From positions 32,001-96,000 of the forward strand of contig CAXXHA010000010.1 of assembly GCA_963662265.2 (NCBI GenBank): a DNA stretch of 64,000 bases. Direction: 5' to 3'. This document shows, in pieces, positions 54,985 to 64,000 of this stretch. Below the pieces are notes generated by a model. That model did not search any database. It saw nothing but the letters and a program-made list of their open reading frames with translations, and was not told where the DNA came from. Source of the DNA: Spirochaetia bacterium (GTDB lineage: Bacteria > Spirochaetota > Spirochaetia > CADAEX01). Both the position numbers and the translations under genes were made by a program. The first letter of the stretch is position 1, and each line of letters opens with the position of its first letter.

Positions 54985-55929
54985 TCAATCAAGTGAATTG
55001 AGTATCTTGAGCGCAGCAACTTCATCGGTTATTAATATATTTATCAATTCACCTTTAATAGCGGCATGAATAGCCGGTGCTTTATCCTTGCCGCAGGCTA
55101 CACCTATTCTCACAGGTATTTTTTTATAGTCGTCCATGCTTACACCAATAATCCGTTTATTGACAGATATATCAAGAATATTTCCCTCTTCATCAAAATG
55201 ATAACCGCAGATATGTCCCCTGGCTCCCTGCTCATATATCTCCCGTGCTTCTTCCGTAGACAGGTACCCGGCACGTACCAGAGCACTGCGCTCAGGGATA
55301 TCTGACGAAAGTCCAACAATAGCAATATCAAGCGAGGTTGTTTTTTTCACAGTATCCCTGACAGCAGGTTCTTCCATAAGCATATTTTTAAGCTCCTCTG
55401 TCTTCACCATAACAGGGGCATAGAGAGGATAATATTTCCCATTCAAACGGCGGGCAAGCGCCTGTGCCAATTCAGGACCATCATATGAAGGATCTCTGGC
55501 CCCAAGCCCTCCCATTAGCTGAACAACCTCTGCATCAACAATTTCAGATCTCTTCATCTGATTAACCATTTGATACAGTGTTGTTCCCCAGGATATACCT
55601 ATGCAAATTCGGTCCCTCAACATTGACGACAACACCGAAACAGCCTTCGCGCCTGCCTTGGCCATTGTCGTAGTAGAATCAGAGTCTGAGCGGGTCACAA
55701 AAACCTTATCAAGAGAAAACAGGTTTGCAAGCTTTTCCCCGAGAGCTGTTGAAAAATATGATTCATCCTGAATCCTTATTTCCACAATCCCCTCCTCCCT
55801 GCACTGTTTCAGCATAAGTGATACAGTCGGCCGGGAAATACTGAATTCTCTTGCTATTTCCTGTTGAGACAGCCCATCTATATAGTATCTCCGGGCAATA
55901 TCTATCAGATAATTTCGGTCCTTTTGCAT
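54985..55929 (-). CDS. SorC/DeoR-type sugar-binding transcriptional regulator (second copy)
   Basis: IARRYY.DGLSQQEIA....SRPTVS, GISWGTT, VQLMGGLG, LITDE. Confidence 0.9.
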   Translation of the reverse strand: MQKDRNYLIDIARRYYIDGLSQQEIAREFSISRPTVSLMLKQCREEGIVEIRIQDESYFSTALGEKLANLFSLDKVFVTRSDSDSTTTMAKAGAKAVSVLSSMLRDRICIGISWGTTLYQMVNQMKRSEIVDAEVVQLMGGLGARDPSYDGPELAQALARRLNGKYYPLYAPVMVKTEELKNMLMEEPAVRDTVKKTTSLDIAIVGLSSDIPERSALVRAGYLSTEEAREIYEQGARGHICGYHFDEEGNILDISVNKRIIGVSMDDYKKIPVRIGVACGKDKAPAIHAAIKGELINILITDEVAALKILNSLD

Positions 55930-55991
55930 ATATAATCCCTGTGAATATTTGGTATAATATTAACCTATAATAAAAACTATTCACTTACAAG

Positions 55992-57401
55992 TTATTTCTT
56001 ACCAGGAGGAAGATGTAGACAGCACCCGAGTGAATCTGCAGCAGCCTCCATAAGCGCTTCTGAAACTGTCGGATGGGCATGAACAATACCTGCCAGTTCA
56101 TTTACTGTTATCTCCATACTCATAAGAGAAGCAGCCTCATTAATTATCTCAGATGCTCCATCTCCCACAATATGAACCCCGAGTATTTCACCATAAACAG
56201 GATCGGAAATTATTTTTACAAAACCTTCACCAGCTCCCGATGCCAATGCTTTTCCATTGGCAGATAATGGGAAAAATCCAACAGAATATTTCCCCCCGGC
56301 AGCAGCTTCATCTTCTGTCAAACCAATCCCGGCAGCTTCAGGACTTGTATAAACAACAGAAGGCACATAACTGAGCGAAGAATCATCTTCAACGCGACCT
56401 TTCAATGCATGTTCTGCGGCAAACTCTCCCATCTTGAAAGCTGCATGAGCCAGCATTTTTCTGCCATTTATATCACCTGGAGCATAAACCCCCTTAATGC
56501 TGGTCTCCATATGATCATTGACAACAATCTTTCCTTTCTCAACAAGGATAGGCTGATCACCTGCGCATGAAAGATCAGCTTTTCTGCCGACAGAGAGCAG
56601 GATATTTTCATATTCCTTTTCTGTTTTATCATTAAATACAGCGCTAAGCCCCGAACCGGTCTCTTTCACTGCATCAACACTTCGTGAAGTCGCTATTCCA
56701 ATCCCGTGCTTTTCAAGCGAAGCCTTAATATGTTTCGATATATCCCGGTCCATAAAAGGAAGTATCCTGTCTCCCAGTTCAACTATATCGACATGGCATC
56801 CGAATGATGAAAATATCAGAGCCATTTCAACACCAATCACCCCGCCGCCTACAATAAGGAGTGATTCCGGAACATTATCAAGGTCAAGTATTTCATTGCT
56901 TGTTAATACCCGGCTGCTTTCAAATCCCGGAATATTCAGCCTTACAGCCTGGGAACCTCCCGCAAGGATGACAGACTTCCCTTCAATAATATCATTATTA
57001 TCGATAACAACCTTTCCATCACCTGCAAGTACCCCTGTACCCTTGAACAAAGCCACCTGGTTACTCTTGAGAAGCATTTCTACTCCGCTTGTGAGTTTTT
57101 TAACTATCTTATTTTTTTCTTTTACAGCTTTTTTCATATCAACAGAGACTTTTTTGCTTTCAAGGACTATCCCTCTTGCATCAGCCTTGCCAAGCTGGTT
57201 GATAATTTCAGCACTTTTCAGAAATGTCTTTGTGGGGATACACCCCCGGTTAAGACATGTCCCCCCCACAACATCTTTTTCCACAAGGGCAACTTTTCCC
57301 CCAATCCTGGCAGCTTTGATTGCGGAAATATATCCCGCAGGCCCGCCGCCAATTACTACAACATCGAACTTGTTTTTTTCCACACTGCTACCTCTTCTCA
57401 C
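55992..57401 (-). CDS. lpdA: Dihydrolipoamide dehydrogenase (E3)
   Basis: GGGPAGY, GGTCLNRGCIPTK, GGGVIGVE, MLAHAA, HAHPTVSE. Confidence 0.95.
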   Translation of the reverse strand: MRRGSSVEKNKFDVVVIGGGPAGYISAIKAARIGGKVALVEKDVVGGTCLNRGCIPTKTFLKSAEIINQLGKADARGIVLESKKVSVDMKKAVKEKNKIVKKLTSGVEMLLKSNQVALFKGTGVLAGDGKVVIDNNDIIEGKSVILAGGSQAVRLNIPGFESSRVLTSNEILDLDNVPESLLIVGGGVIGVEMALIFSSFGCHVDIVELGDRILPFMDRDISKHIKASLEKHGIGIATSRSVDAVKETGSGLSAVFNDKTEKEYENILLSVGRKADLSCAGDQPILVEKGKIVVNDHMETSIKGVYAPGDINGRKMLAHAAFKMGEFAAEHALKGRVEDDSSLSYVPSVVYTSPEAAGIGLTEDEAAAGGKYSVGFFPLSANGKALASGAGEGFVKIISDPVYGEILGVHIVGDGASEIINEAASLMSMEITVNELAGIVHAHPTVSEALMEAAADSLGCCLHLPPGKK

Positions 57402-58690
57402 AACATCATAAGAGGCAGTTCGAGATAGTCTTTTAAATGTTTCATAAAGACTGCCGCCTCTGCACCGTCAACAATTCTGTGATCATAAGTCAGACACAGC
57501 TGCATGACTTTTCGGCTTTCAACTTCACCATTTTCTTTAAGCTTAAGTGAGTCCTCTATCGCACAAACACCAAGTATTCCTGCTTCAGGAGGGTTAATTA
57601 TCGGGGTGAAAGATGTAATTCCAAACATACCCAAATTGGAAACTGTAAAGCTGCCGCCGCTCATTTCATCAGGAGACAATTTTCCATCTCTCCCTTTCCC
57701 GGCAATGTTTTTTGCACAGGCAGACAGTTCTGTAAGAGAATACTTTTCCGCTTCTCTGATTACAGGGACAACAAGCCCTCTTTCTGTAGCAACTGCCACG
57801 CCGAGATTTACACTGTCCTTCAATATCAGTTCTGTATTATTAAAAACAGAATTCAGCTTGGGATATTTTTTCAATGCCTTTACAACAGCAAAAAGAATGA
57901 AATCATTAACAGAAAGCTTCATATTCAGCCGCCTGTTCAATTCACTTCTTGCTGTCAGCAGATCTGTTAAATCAGCCTTTATATTCTGTGTAACCGGGGG
58001 AATAGTCAGATGGCTCTCAAGCATACGCTTCCCGGTTATTTTCTGTATTCCGGTCAGAGGCATATGTGAATTAAATTCATCTGAAACCTTTTCAAGGCTG
58101 TTGCCCCTGCTTCCTGTATCAAGGTCTCTTGCAAATATTTTCCCGGAATATCCGCTTCCGCTAATATCCCCGGGTGATATATTATTAGCTTCCATTATTT
58201 TTTTGGCTAAAGGTGTAGACTTCAGAGAAACAGCAGTAACATCCTTTTTCAGTATTTCACCCCATTTACCTGTTCCTTCTATATTATTAAGCTCTATTCC
58301 TTTTTCTTCTGCCGCCTTACGGGCTGCCGGTGTTGCCTTTATCCTGCAAGTTTTATCAGTCATCCTGCTTTCAGAAGAGATCACCTTTTTTACAGGCTCT
58401 TCATTCTTTTCCTCATCAGCTGCATCATCACTTTTTTCCGGTATTTTTTCCCCGGCTTCTCCAATCCAGGCAATTACTTCTGTTACCGGGACAACAGCTC
58501 CTTCATCAGAAAGTATTTTCAGAATTGTCCCGTCATAATCAGCCTCTAATTCCATTACAGACTTATCAGTCTCAATCTCAGCAACTGCTTCGCCCTTATC
58601 AACAGTATCTCCTTCATTTTTCAGCCACTTGATAAGAGTTCCCTCTTCCATAGCCATACCTGTCTTGGGCATAATAATAGGTTTTGCCAT
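57398..58690 (-). CDS. Dihydrolipoamide acyltransferase (E2)
   Basis: Lipoyl domain EIETDKS, two E3-binding repeats (ATPAARK; STPLAKK), SNLG, YDHRIVDG. Confidence 0.93.
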   Translation of the reverse strand: MAKPIIMPKTGMAMEEGTLIKWLKNEGDTVDKGEAVAEIETDKSVMELEADYDGTILKILSDEGAVVPVTEVIAWIGEAGEKIPEKSDDAADEEKNEEPVKKVISSESRMTDKTCRIKATPAARKAAEEKGIELNNIEGTGKWGEILKKDVTAVSLKSTPLAKKIMEANNISPGDISGSGYSGKIFARDLDTGSRGNSLEKVSDEFNSHMPLTGIQKITGKRMLESHLTIPPVTQNIKADLTDLLTARSELNRRLNMKLSVNDFILFAVVKALKKYPKLNSVFNNTELILKDSVNLGVAVATERGLVVPVIREAEKYSLTELSACAKNIAGKGRDGKLSPDEMSGGSFTVSNLGMFGITSFTPIINPPEAGILGVCAIEDSLKLKENGEVESRKVMQLCLTYDHRIVDGAEAAVFMKHLKDYLELPLMML

Positions 58691-58704
58691 TATTCCTGTA
58701 TCTC

Positions 58705-59685
58705 CTATAATATACTGTTGATTTCTTCTTTGATTTTATCCTCTGTGGGAACAACCTGGGCTTCCAGATTGGGGTTGTAGGGAATAGGAACGTCCAGCCC
58801 CCCCAGCCTTTTCACAGGAGCATCCAGATAAAAAAATGCATCGCTTTCCGCAACAACACTGGCAAGTTCCGCTCCATACCCGCATGTCTGGCAAGCTTCA
58901 TAGACAACAAGGACTTTACCTGTTTTTTTCACAGACTCAATTATTGCTTCCTTATCAAGAGGAACAAGCGTTCTGATATCTATAACCTCAATTTCAGTGC
59001 CATTTGCAGCAAACTCTTCAGCAATTGAAAGACATCTGGGAACCATCCGTCCATAAGTTACTATAGTAAGGTCTGAACCAGCTCTCTTCACATCCGCCTT
59101 TCCAAGCGGTACTACATAATCATCATCCTCTTCTGGAACCTCCCCCTTTGTCCTGTACAACAGCTTCTGTTCGAGAAACACTACAGGATTATTGTCTCGG
59201 ATTGCTGATTTAAGAAGTCCTTTTGCGTCATAAGGAGTAGAGGGGATTACAACTTTAAGTCCCGGAACATGAGAAACCCAGGCTTCAAGACTCTGGCTGT
59301 GCTGCTCGGCTGCCCCTGTACCGGATCCTCCCGGAGCCCTGAGAACCATGGGAACAGCGCCCTGACCTCCAAACTGGAACCTGTTTTTTGCTGCCTGGTT
59401 TGCAAGCTGTTCAAGAGCCAGCGTAATAAAATCGCTGAACATGATCTCGACAATTGGTCTCATTCCAGTCATTGCAGCTCCTGCCGCGCAACCTGTTATT
59501 GCAAGTTCGGATATAGGTGTATCAATAATTCTTTCATCGCCGAATTCCTCGAACATTCCTCTGGAAACACCGAATGCTCCCCCGTAAATCCCTACATCTT
59601 CCCCCATAAGAACAATATTATTATCTTTTCTCATTTCTTCGCTCATTGCTTCGTTTACAGCCTGAGCATATGTTATCTCTCTCAT
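58705..59685 (-). CDS. TPP-dependent acetoin/2-oxoacid dehydrogenase E1 beta subunit
   Basis: [42 protein letters not shown]. Confidence 0.93.
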   Translation of the reverse strand: MREITYAQAVNEAMSEEMRKDNNIVLMGEDVGIYGGAFGVSRGMFEEFGDERIIDTPISELAITGCAAGAAMTGMRPIVEIMFSDFITLALEQLANQAAKNRFQFGGQGAVPMVLRAPGGSGTGAAEQHSQSLEAWVSHVPGLKVVIPSTPYDAKGLLKSAIRDNNPVVFLEQKLLYRTKGEVPEEDDDYVVPLGKADVKRAGSDLTIVTYGRMVPRCLSIAEEFAANGTEIEVIDIRTLVPLDKEAIIESVKKTGKVLVVYEACQTCGYGAELASVVAESDAFFYLDAPVKRLGGLDVPIPYNPNLEAQVVPTEDKIKEEINSIL

Positions 59686-59695
59686 CTATATCTCC

Positions 59696-60655
59696 TTAAT
59701 CTGCAAAAACATCATCAAAAATATTTTCTATTTTTGGCTCAGGACTTTTTTCTGCATACTCGACAGCATCTTCAACATCTTTTGCAGCTTTCTTATCAAG
59801 CTCATCCAGTTCCTTATCAGTCAGAATTTTCCCGGAAACAAGATATTTCCTGTACCGTTTTATCGGACATTTCTTCTTCCATTCATTAACTTCTTCTTTT
59901 GTTCTGTAAAGCTGGGAATCACTTTTTGAATGCCCCATCCAGCGGTAAGTATTGAGAACCATCAGCATCGGTCCGTTTTCAAGAACATATTCCCGGCCTT
60001 TCTTTGTTTCTTCATATATAGTCATGATATCGTTTCCATCAAGGGAAACACCTTTCATCCCATAGGAAGAAGCCCTTACAGCTATATCCTTTATATTCAT
60101 TGATTTTGAAATGCTGGTCGACATTCCATAATAGTTATTTGTACATACAAAAATCACAGGCAATTTCCAGACTGATGCCAGATTCAGTGATTCATGAAAA
60201 GCCCCTTCATTGGTTGCTCCGTCGCCGAAAAAAGAAACTGTAATATTTTTTGTTTTTCGATACTTCTGTGAAAAAGCAGATCCTGTAGCTATCGGGATTC
60301 CCCCTCCGACTACTCCGTTGGCGCCAAGAGATCCTACAGAGAAATCAGCAATATGCATGCATCCCCCTTTCCCTTTGCAGTAGCCAGTTTCCTTTCCAAG
60401 AAATTCCGCCATCATCCTTTTGATATCCATCCCCTTTCCAATTCCCTGATTATGTCCTCTGTGGGTCTGAGTTATCAAATCTTCTTTTTCAAGAGCTGAA
60501 CACACTCCTACACCGGTTGCTTCCTCTCCTATGCAAAAATGAGCAGTCCCATGTACTTTGCCCTGAACAAATAAACGGGCAGCTGTTTCCTCAAATTCCC
60601 TGGTCTGCATCATTTTTAAATATAATTCTTTATGTTTTTCAACAGGAAGATCCAT
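59696..60655 (-). CDS. TPP-dependent acetoin/2-oxoacid dehydrogenase E1 alpha subunit (AcoA-like)
   Basis: THRGH, GKGGCMH, GANGVVGGG, FFGDGATNEGAFHESLNLA, YRWMGHS.SD. Confidence 0.93.
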   Translation of the reverse strand: MDLPVEKHKELYLKMMQTREFEETAARLFVQGKVHGTAHFCIGEEATGVGVCSALEKEDLITQTHRGHNQGIGKGMDIKRMMAEFLGKETGYCKGKGGCMHIADFSVGSLGANGVVGGGIPIATGSAFSQKYRKTKNITVSFFGDGATNEGAFHESLNLASVWKLPVIFVCTNNYYGMSTSISKSMNIKDIAVRASSYGMKGVSLDGNDIMTIYEETKKGREYVLENGPMLMVLNTYRWMGHSKSDSQLYRTKEEVNEWKKKCPIKRYRKYLVSGKILTDKELDELDKKAAKDVEDAVEYAEKSPEPKIENIFDDVFAD

Positions 60656-61068
60656 TTTATTCTCCTTTACATGTGTGTTACGTTATATCCATATATTACC
60701 ATTTTCTTTTTATTTGTCAATTGCTAATTTATCATTATATATTTAACATATGTTATTTTTACAGCTAATTTTCCAGCTTCTATTGAAAATATGAAATTGA
60801 GAACAATTATTTACTATATTATTGATAAATATCAGCATTTCCGACTGAGGAATTCATAATCATGAACAGACTAAGGAATAGAATAACCCTGCAGCACCCG
60901 AAAGAAATGCAGAAAGAAGGGGATACCCGTGTATCAGTAAAGTATTACACTGTAAAACAGAGTATACTGAGATACGAGTTATGAATTGGTGACTTTCTTT
61001 GTAGATAACAAATTGAGGCAGTAAAACAATATCTCACAGAGAATACTGAATACCCGGCTTCAGCAGGA

Positions 61069-64000
61069 CTATGCTTCACTTACAGTCTTTGAATTCATAT
61101 ATTTTTCGACATCAACCTCGTCAAGCTGCTCCGGTTTCAGATACTTTCTCCCGTATTCCAGGTATACACCTGATTTAAGAAGCAGATTGAATATTTCAGG
61201 ATCAATATGACCGGTCTGTGTCATCTTATACATGATACTGATAATCTCTGAAAGGGTCTTGTCTTTCTTGTATGGCCTGTCAACAGAAGTAAGAGCTTCG
61301 AAAATATCTGCAACTGCAAGAATTCGTTCCGGGATTGACAATTCGCTCAGTGTAACCTTTCTCGGGTAGCCTGTACCGTCAACTGTTTCATGATGACTGC
61401 CCGCATATTTGGGGACATTTTTAAGATCTTCCGAAAAGGGAAGTTTTTCAAGCATTATTATTGTCTGGGCCACATGCTCGTCAATCTTGAACCTTTCCTC
61501 CTCGGTAAGCGTTCCTTTCCTTACCGAGAGGTTGTAGAGTTCTCCCCTGTTATAAAGATGCTCTGGTACCCTGAATTTAAAATCATATAAATCATAGCAG
61601 TCCTGACCAAAATTCTCCCTCTCAATAATAAGTTCCCTTCTGTCGCTGATAAGGTGTTCAAGGGCAGGAAGATCAGCACGGCTGTCATATTCAAGCTTCT
61701 CATGCCTCTGAGCCTCTGACCAGCTTAAACCGAGCCTGTTGTCAAAAAACCTGAGCCATTCAGTTGATGCTATTCGGTCAAGTTTTTCAAGGCTCTCATC
61801 GCTCATATACTCAGTGCCAATATTGCATTCTGCTATAAAAGCGAAATCTTCATAAAGCTGTTTTTCCCTTTCCCTGAGAACAGCATCTTCTTTTTCAGGA
61901 TCAGCGCCTCCCAGGACTGCTTCATGACGCTTAATTACAGCATCACGCAGCAGCACTTCGAATCTTGTCCTGATTTCATGTATCCTGTTGTATATTGTTT
62001 CAAGCTTGGTAGCCTTATCTATGACATATTCAGGTGTTGTTACCTTGCCGCAGTCATGAAGCCATGCAGCAGTTTCAAATTCCCTCTTCTGAAAAACATC
62101 CAGATTGTATGATTCAAACGGTTTTTCATCAGATTTTTCAGCTGCCAGGGAAAGCATTTTTGCAATTACCGGAACCCTTGCACAGTGTCTTGCTGTATAA
62201 GGGCTCTTGGCATCAATTGCAGATGCAATAAATTTCACAAGGTCATCAAACAGCTTCTTCTGCCGCTCAAGAAGGTTCCAGTTCTGGATTGCTACAGATG
62301 CGGCAGAGGCAAGAGCTTCCACAAATCCGTGAATATCTTCATGAAAAGGGATTATTTCACCGGTTAACAGGTCCTTGGAATTAATAAGCTGCAGTGCACC
62401 CAGCACCTTGTTGCTTCCCCTGAGTTTCAAAGGTACAGTCAGAAAGGAAACTGACTTGTAGTTATTGAATTTATCAAACTCCCTTGTTCCGGAGAAGTCA
62501 TATTTATCATTATGATACGCATCAGGGATATTTTCTGTTTTCTTGCTGAAAAAAGTATTTGTAACAACATTAAAGTGATTCTCACTCCCGTCTTCGTTAT
62601 AAAGCTGAACAGGGTGCATTGTTATGGGATTGCCGCTTGTTCCCCCCTGGCTGAAGCCCAGCCTGTCATTCAGAACAATAGTAAATTCAAGAAACCTTTC
62701 ACTCTCATCAAGCAGGTAAAGACTTCCCCCTTCGGCATGAGACAGCTGCTTCGCCCCAGACAGAATCATTTCAGAAAGTTTCTTGATATCAAATTCAGCC
62801 GACATGGCTATTCCCATATCCACAAGCATTTCAAGCTTTTTAAGTGTTTCATGAAGCCGGGCTGTTCTTTCAGCGATTGTAGCCTTCATTACTGTAAACC
62901 CGGAAGCAAGCTTGTTAAACTCATAAATCGGGGTCGTTACCTTGAGCTCCCCGTCAAATTTCATCTGCCCGACAAGCTCTGCATCTGCTGTCAGCTCAAT
63001 AAGGGCAAGTGCCAGTCTTTTCGACAGAAATATAACGACAGGGACTGTTATTATCAGGATAGTCAGGGCAAATATAATAATTTTGTTCTGCATTGCAACC
63101 GCCCCCCGCATGAAATCATCAATTGGAGCAACAGACATAAACACAAGCTTTCTATTAATTGCGATGTCCCATATTTCTGACTGGAAAAGAACATTGTTAT
63201 CAACTATTTCAACAGGTTCTGTAAATATTTTTTCCGATTCAGGATTAATTTCATCTGCAATTTTAAAAAATCTTTTTATCTCTTCCGAAGAGGCAATTTC
63301 CTTCCTGTCATCTGTAAAAAGAGCTATTCCTCCGTTTTCTGATATTTTCTGATCCGCTACAAATAAGGAAAGATGTGATATGGTAAGATCAACTCCAACA
63401 ACCCCGCTCCCCCCCGGAATCCGGCTGGAAACAGTGATTCCCGGCTGTTTAAGAGAATTAAATACATAAGGACTTGAAAGTACAGGTTCATCATATTCAA
63501 GTGCCTCAATATACCATCCCCGCTCCCGGTGTTCATAATTGAAATCATCAGATGTCCCGCCCCTGGTTATCTCCCCTCCTGAATTAACAAAAGAAAAGGT
63601 CTGAATCCTGTATTTCCCCTGAGCATATACAGTCCTCACAATAAGTTCTGTATCATCAGGCGCATCATGTGCTTTTTTGACAAGAGGGCGGTCCTTTGCG
63701 TTTATTACCTGGAAAAAACTTCCGTCTTCAAGGCCGATATAAACGGAATAAAATGCGCTGTATTCATGAAGCATTCTGGAGAAAAAGAGAAAAGCAGGGT
63801 GTTCTATACCACTTTCCGAGACCGGAGGGACATCTATATCAGGGATTCTTGCAGTCATTGATGATAAATGAAGCGCAGGCTGAAGAAGAGTCTCTGTCCT
63901 TTCAAGAGCTGTGAGACTTGAGACTTTGAAATTATTAGCAGCTGATTCATTTGCAGAATCACGTGCAACTGAAAGTATCATTGATACAGTTGTAAGCGCC
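61069..64000 (-). CDS. Membrane HD-GYP phosphodiesterase with Cache, HAMP and GAF domains (N-terminus probably beyond the window)
   Basis: Y..R.WY Cache motif, GAF (FLTVPL..GALQLIN), IDAKSPYTARHCARV, LHDCGK, HHETVDGTGYP, ADIFEALT..DRPYK. Confidence 0.9.
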   Translation of the reverse strand, partial: ALTTVSMILSVARDSANESAANNFKVSSLTALERTETLLQPALHLSSMTARIPDIDVPPVSESGIEHPAFLFFSRMLHEYSAFYSVYIGLEDGSFFQVINAKDRPLVKKAHDAPDDTELIVRTVYAQGKYRIQTFSFVNSGGEITRGGTSDDFNYEHRERGWYIEALEYDEPVLSSPYVFNSLKQPGITVSSRIPGGSGVVGVDLTISHLSLFVADQKISENGGIALFTDDRKEIASSEEIKRFFKIADEINPESEKIFTEPVEIVDNNVLFQSEIWDIAINRKLVFMSVAPIDDFMRGAVAMQNKIIIFALTILIITVPVVIFLSKRLALALIELTADAELVGQMKFDGELKVTTPIYEFNKLASGFTVMKATIAERTARLHETLKKLEMLVDMGIAMSAEFDIKKLSEMILSGAKQLSHAEGGSLYLLDESERFLEFTIVLNDRLGFSQGGTSGNPITMHPVQLYNEDGSENHFNVVTNTFFSKKTENIPDAYHNDKYDFSGTREFDKFNNYKSVSFLTVPLKLRGSNKVLGALQLINSKDLLTGEIIPFHEDIHGFVEALASAASVAIQNWNLLERQKKLFDDLVKFIASAIDAKSPYTARHCARVPVIAKMLSLAAEKSDEKPFESYNLDVFQKREFETAAWLHDCGKVTTPEYVIDKATKLETIYNRIHEIRTRFEVLLRDAVIKRHEAVLGGADPEKEDAVLREREKQLYEDFAFIAECNIGTEYMSDESLEKLDRIASTEWLRFFDNRLGLSWSEAQRHEKLEYDSRADLPALEHLISDRRELIIERENFGQDCYDLYDFKFRVPEHLYNRGELYNLSVRKGTLTEEERFKIDEHVAQTIIMLEKLPFSEDLKNVPKYAGSHHETVDGTGYPRKVTLSELSIPERILAVADIFEALTSVDRPYKKDKTLSEIISIMYKMTQTGHIDPEIFNLLLKSGVYLEYGRKYLKPEQLDEVDVEKYMNSKTVSEA

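Noticed and set aside
57504-58538. 344-aa plus-strand ORF
   Set aside because: Lies fully antisense to the E2 gene in mirrored frame, Ser/Phe/Leu-rich with no motifs: a shadow ORF. The same applies to 38415-39017, 56896-57411, 59269-59889 and 62512-63180.

Overview
AT-rich bacterial chromosomal window, probably from a spirochaete (inferred from the FecR-PEGA-beta-propeller lipoprotein and several spirochaete-style hypotheticals; not proven). Housekeeping and metabolic genes include pyk, rtcB, creD plus a two-component pair, gdhA, leuS, carD-ispD-ispF, an oppA-like gene and lpdA. Four accessory blocks interrupt them. (1) A CBASS antiphage island at about 7.99-12.82 kb: GHKL kinase, STAS-wHTH, DUF2188, HNH-SAVED, CD-NTase and a stand-alone E2/SEC-C gene, with a repeated 14-bp candidate operator. 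(2) An RpiR-controlled DUF819 / M20 hydrolase / choline-kinase-like operon. (3) A roughly 2.2 kb 'intergenic' stretch (20.64-22.87 kb) that the ORF track almost misses. It holds a tandem array of four related promoter units with a shared TCGATA-N6-TATCGA-type operator, two paralogous 31/33-aa membrane micropeptides, a 47-aa HTH-like microprotein, covarying RNA stems and anti-Shine-Dalgarno (UUCCUCC) loops ahead of terminators. This is my best candidate for an undescribed system. (4) A 16 kb SorC-regulated catabolic cluster with an acetoin/2-oxoacid dehydrogenase complex, an ABC transporter, phospho-hydrolases and a glycerol-1-phosphate dehydrogenase-family enzyme. Several genes appear leaderless or seem to use non-canonical start codons. 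No rRNA, tRNA, CRISPR array or intact transposase was recognised. All family calls come from motif recognition by eye; no database search was run.
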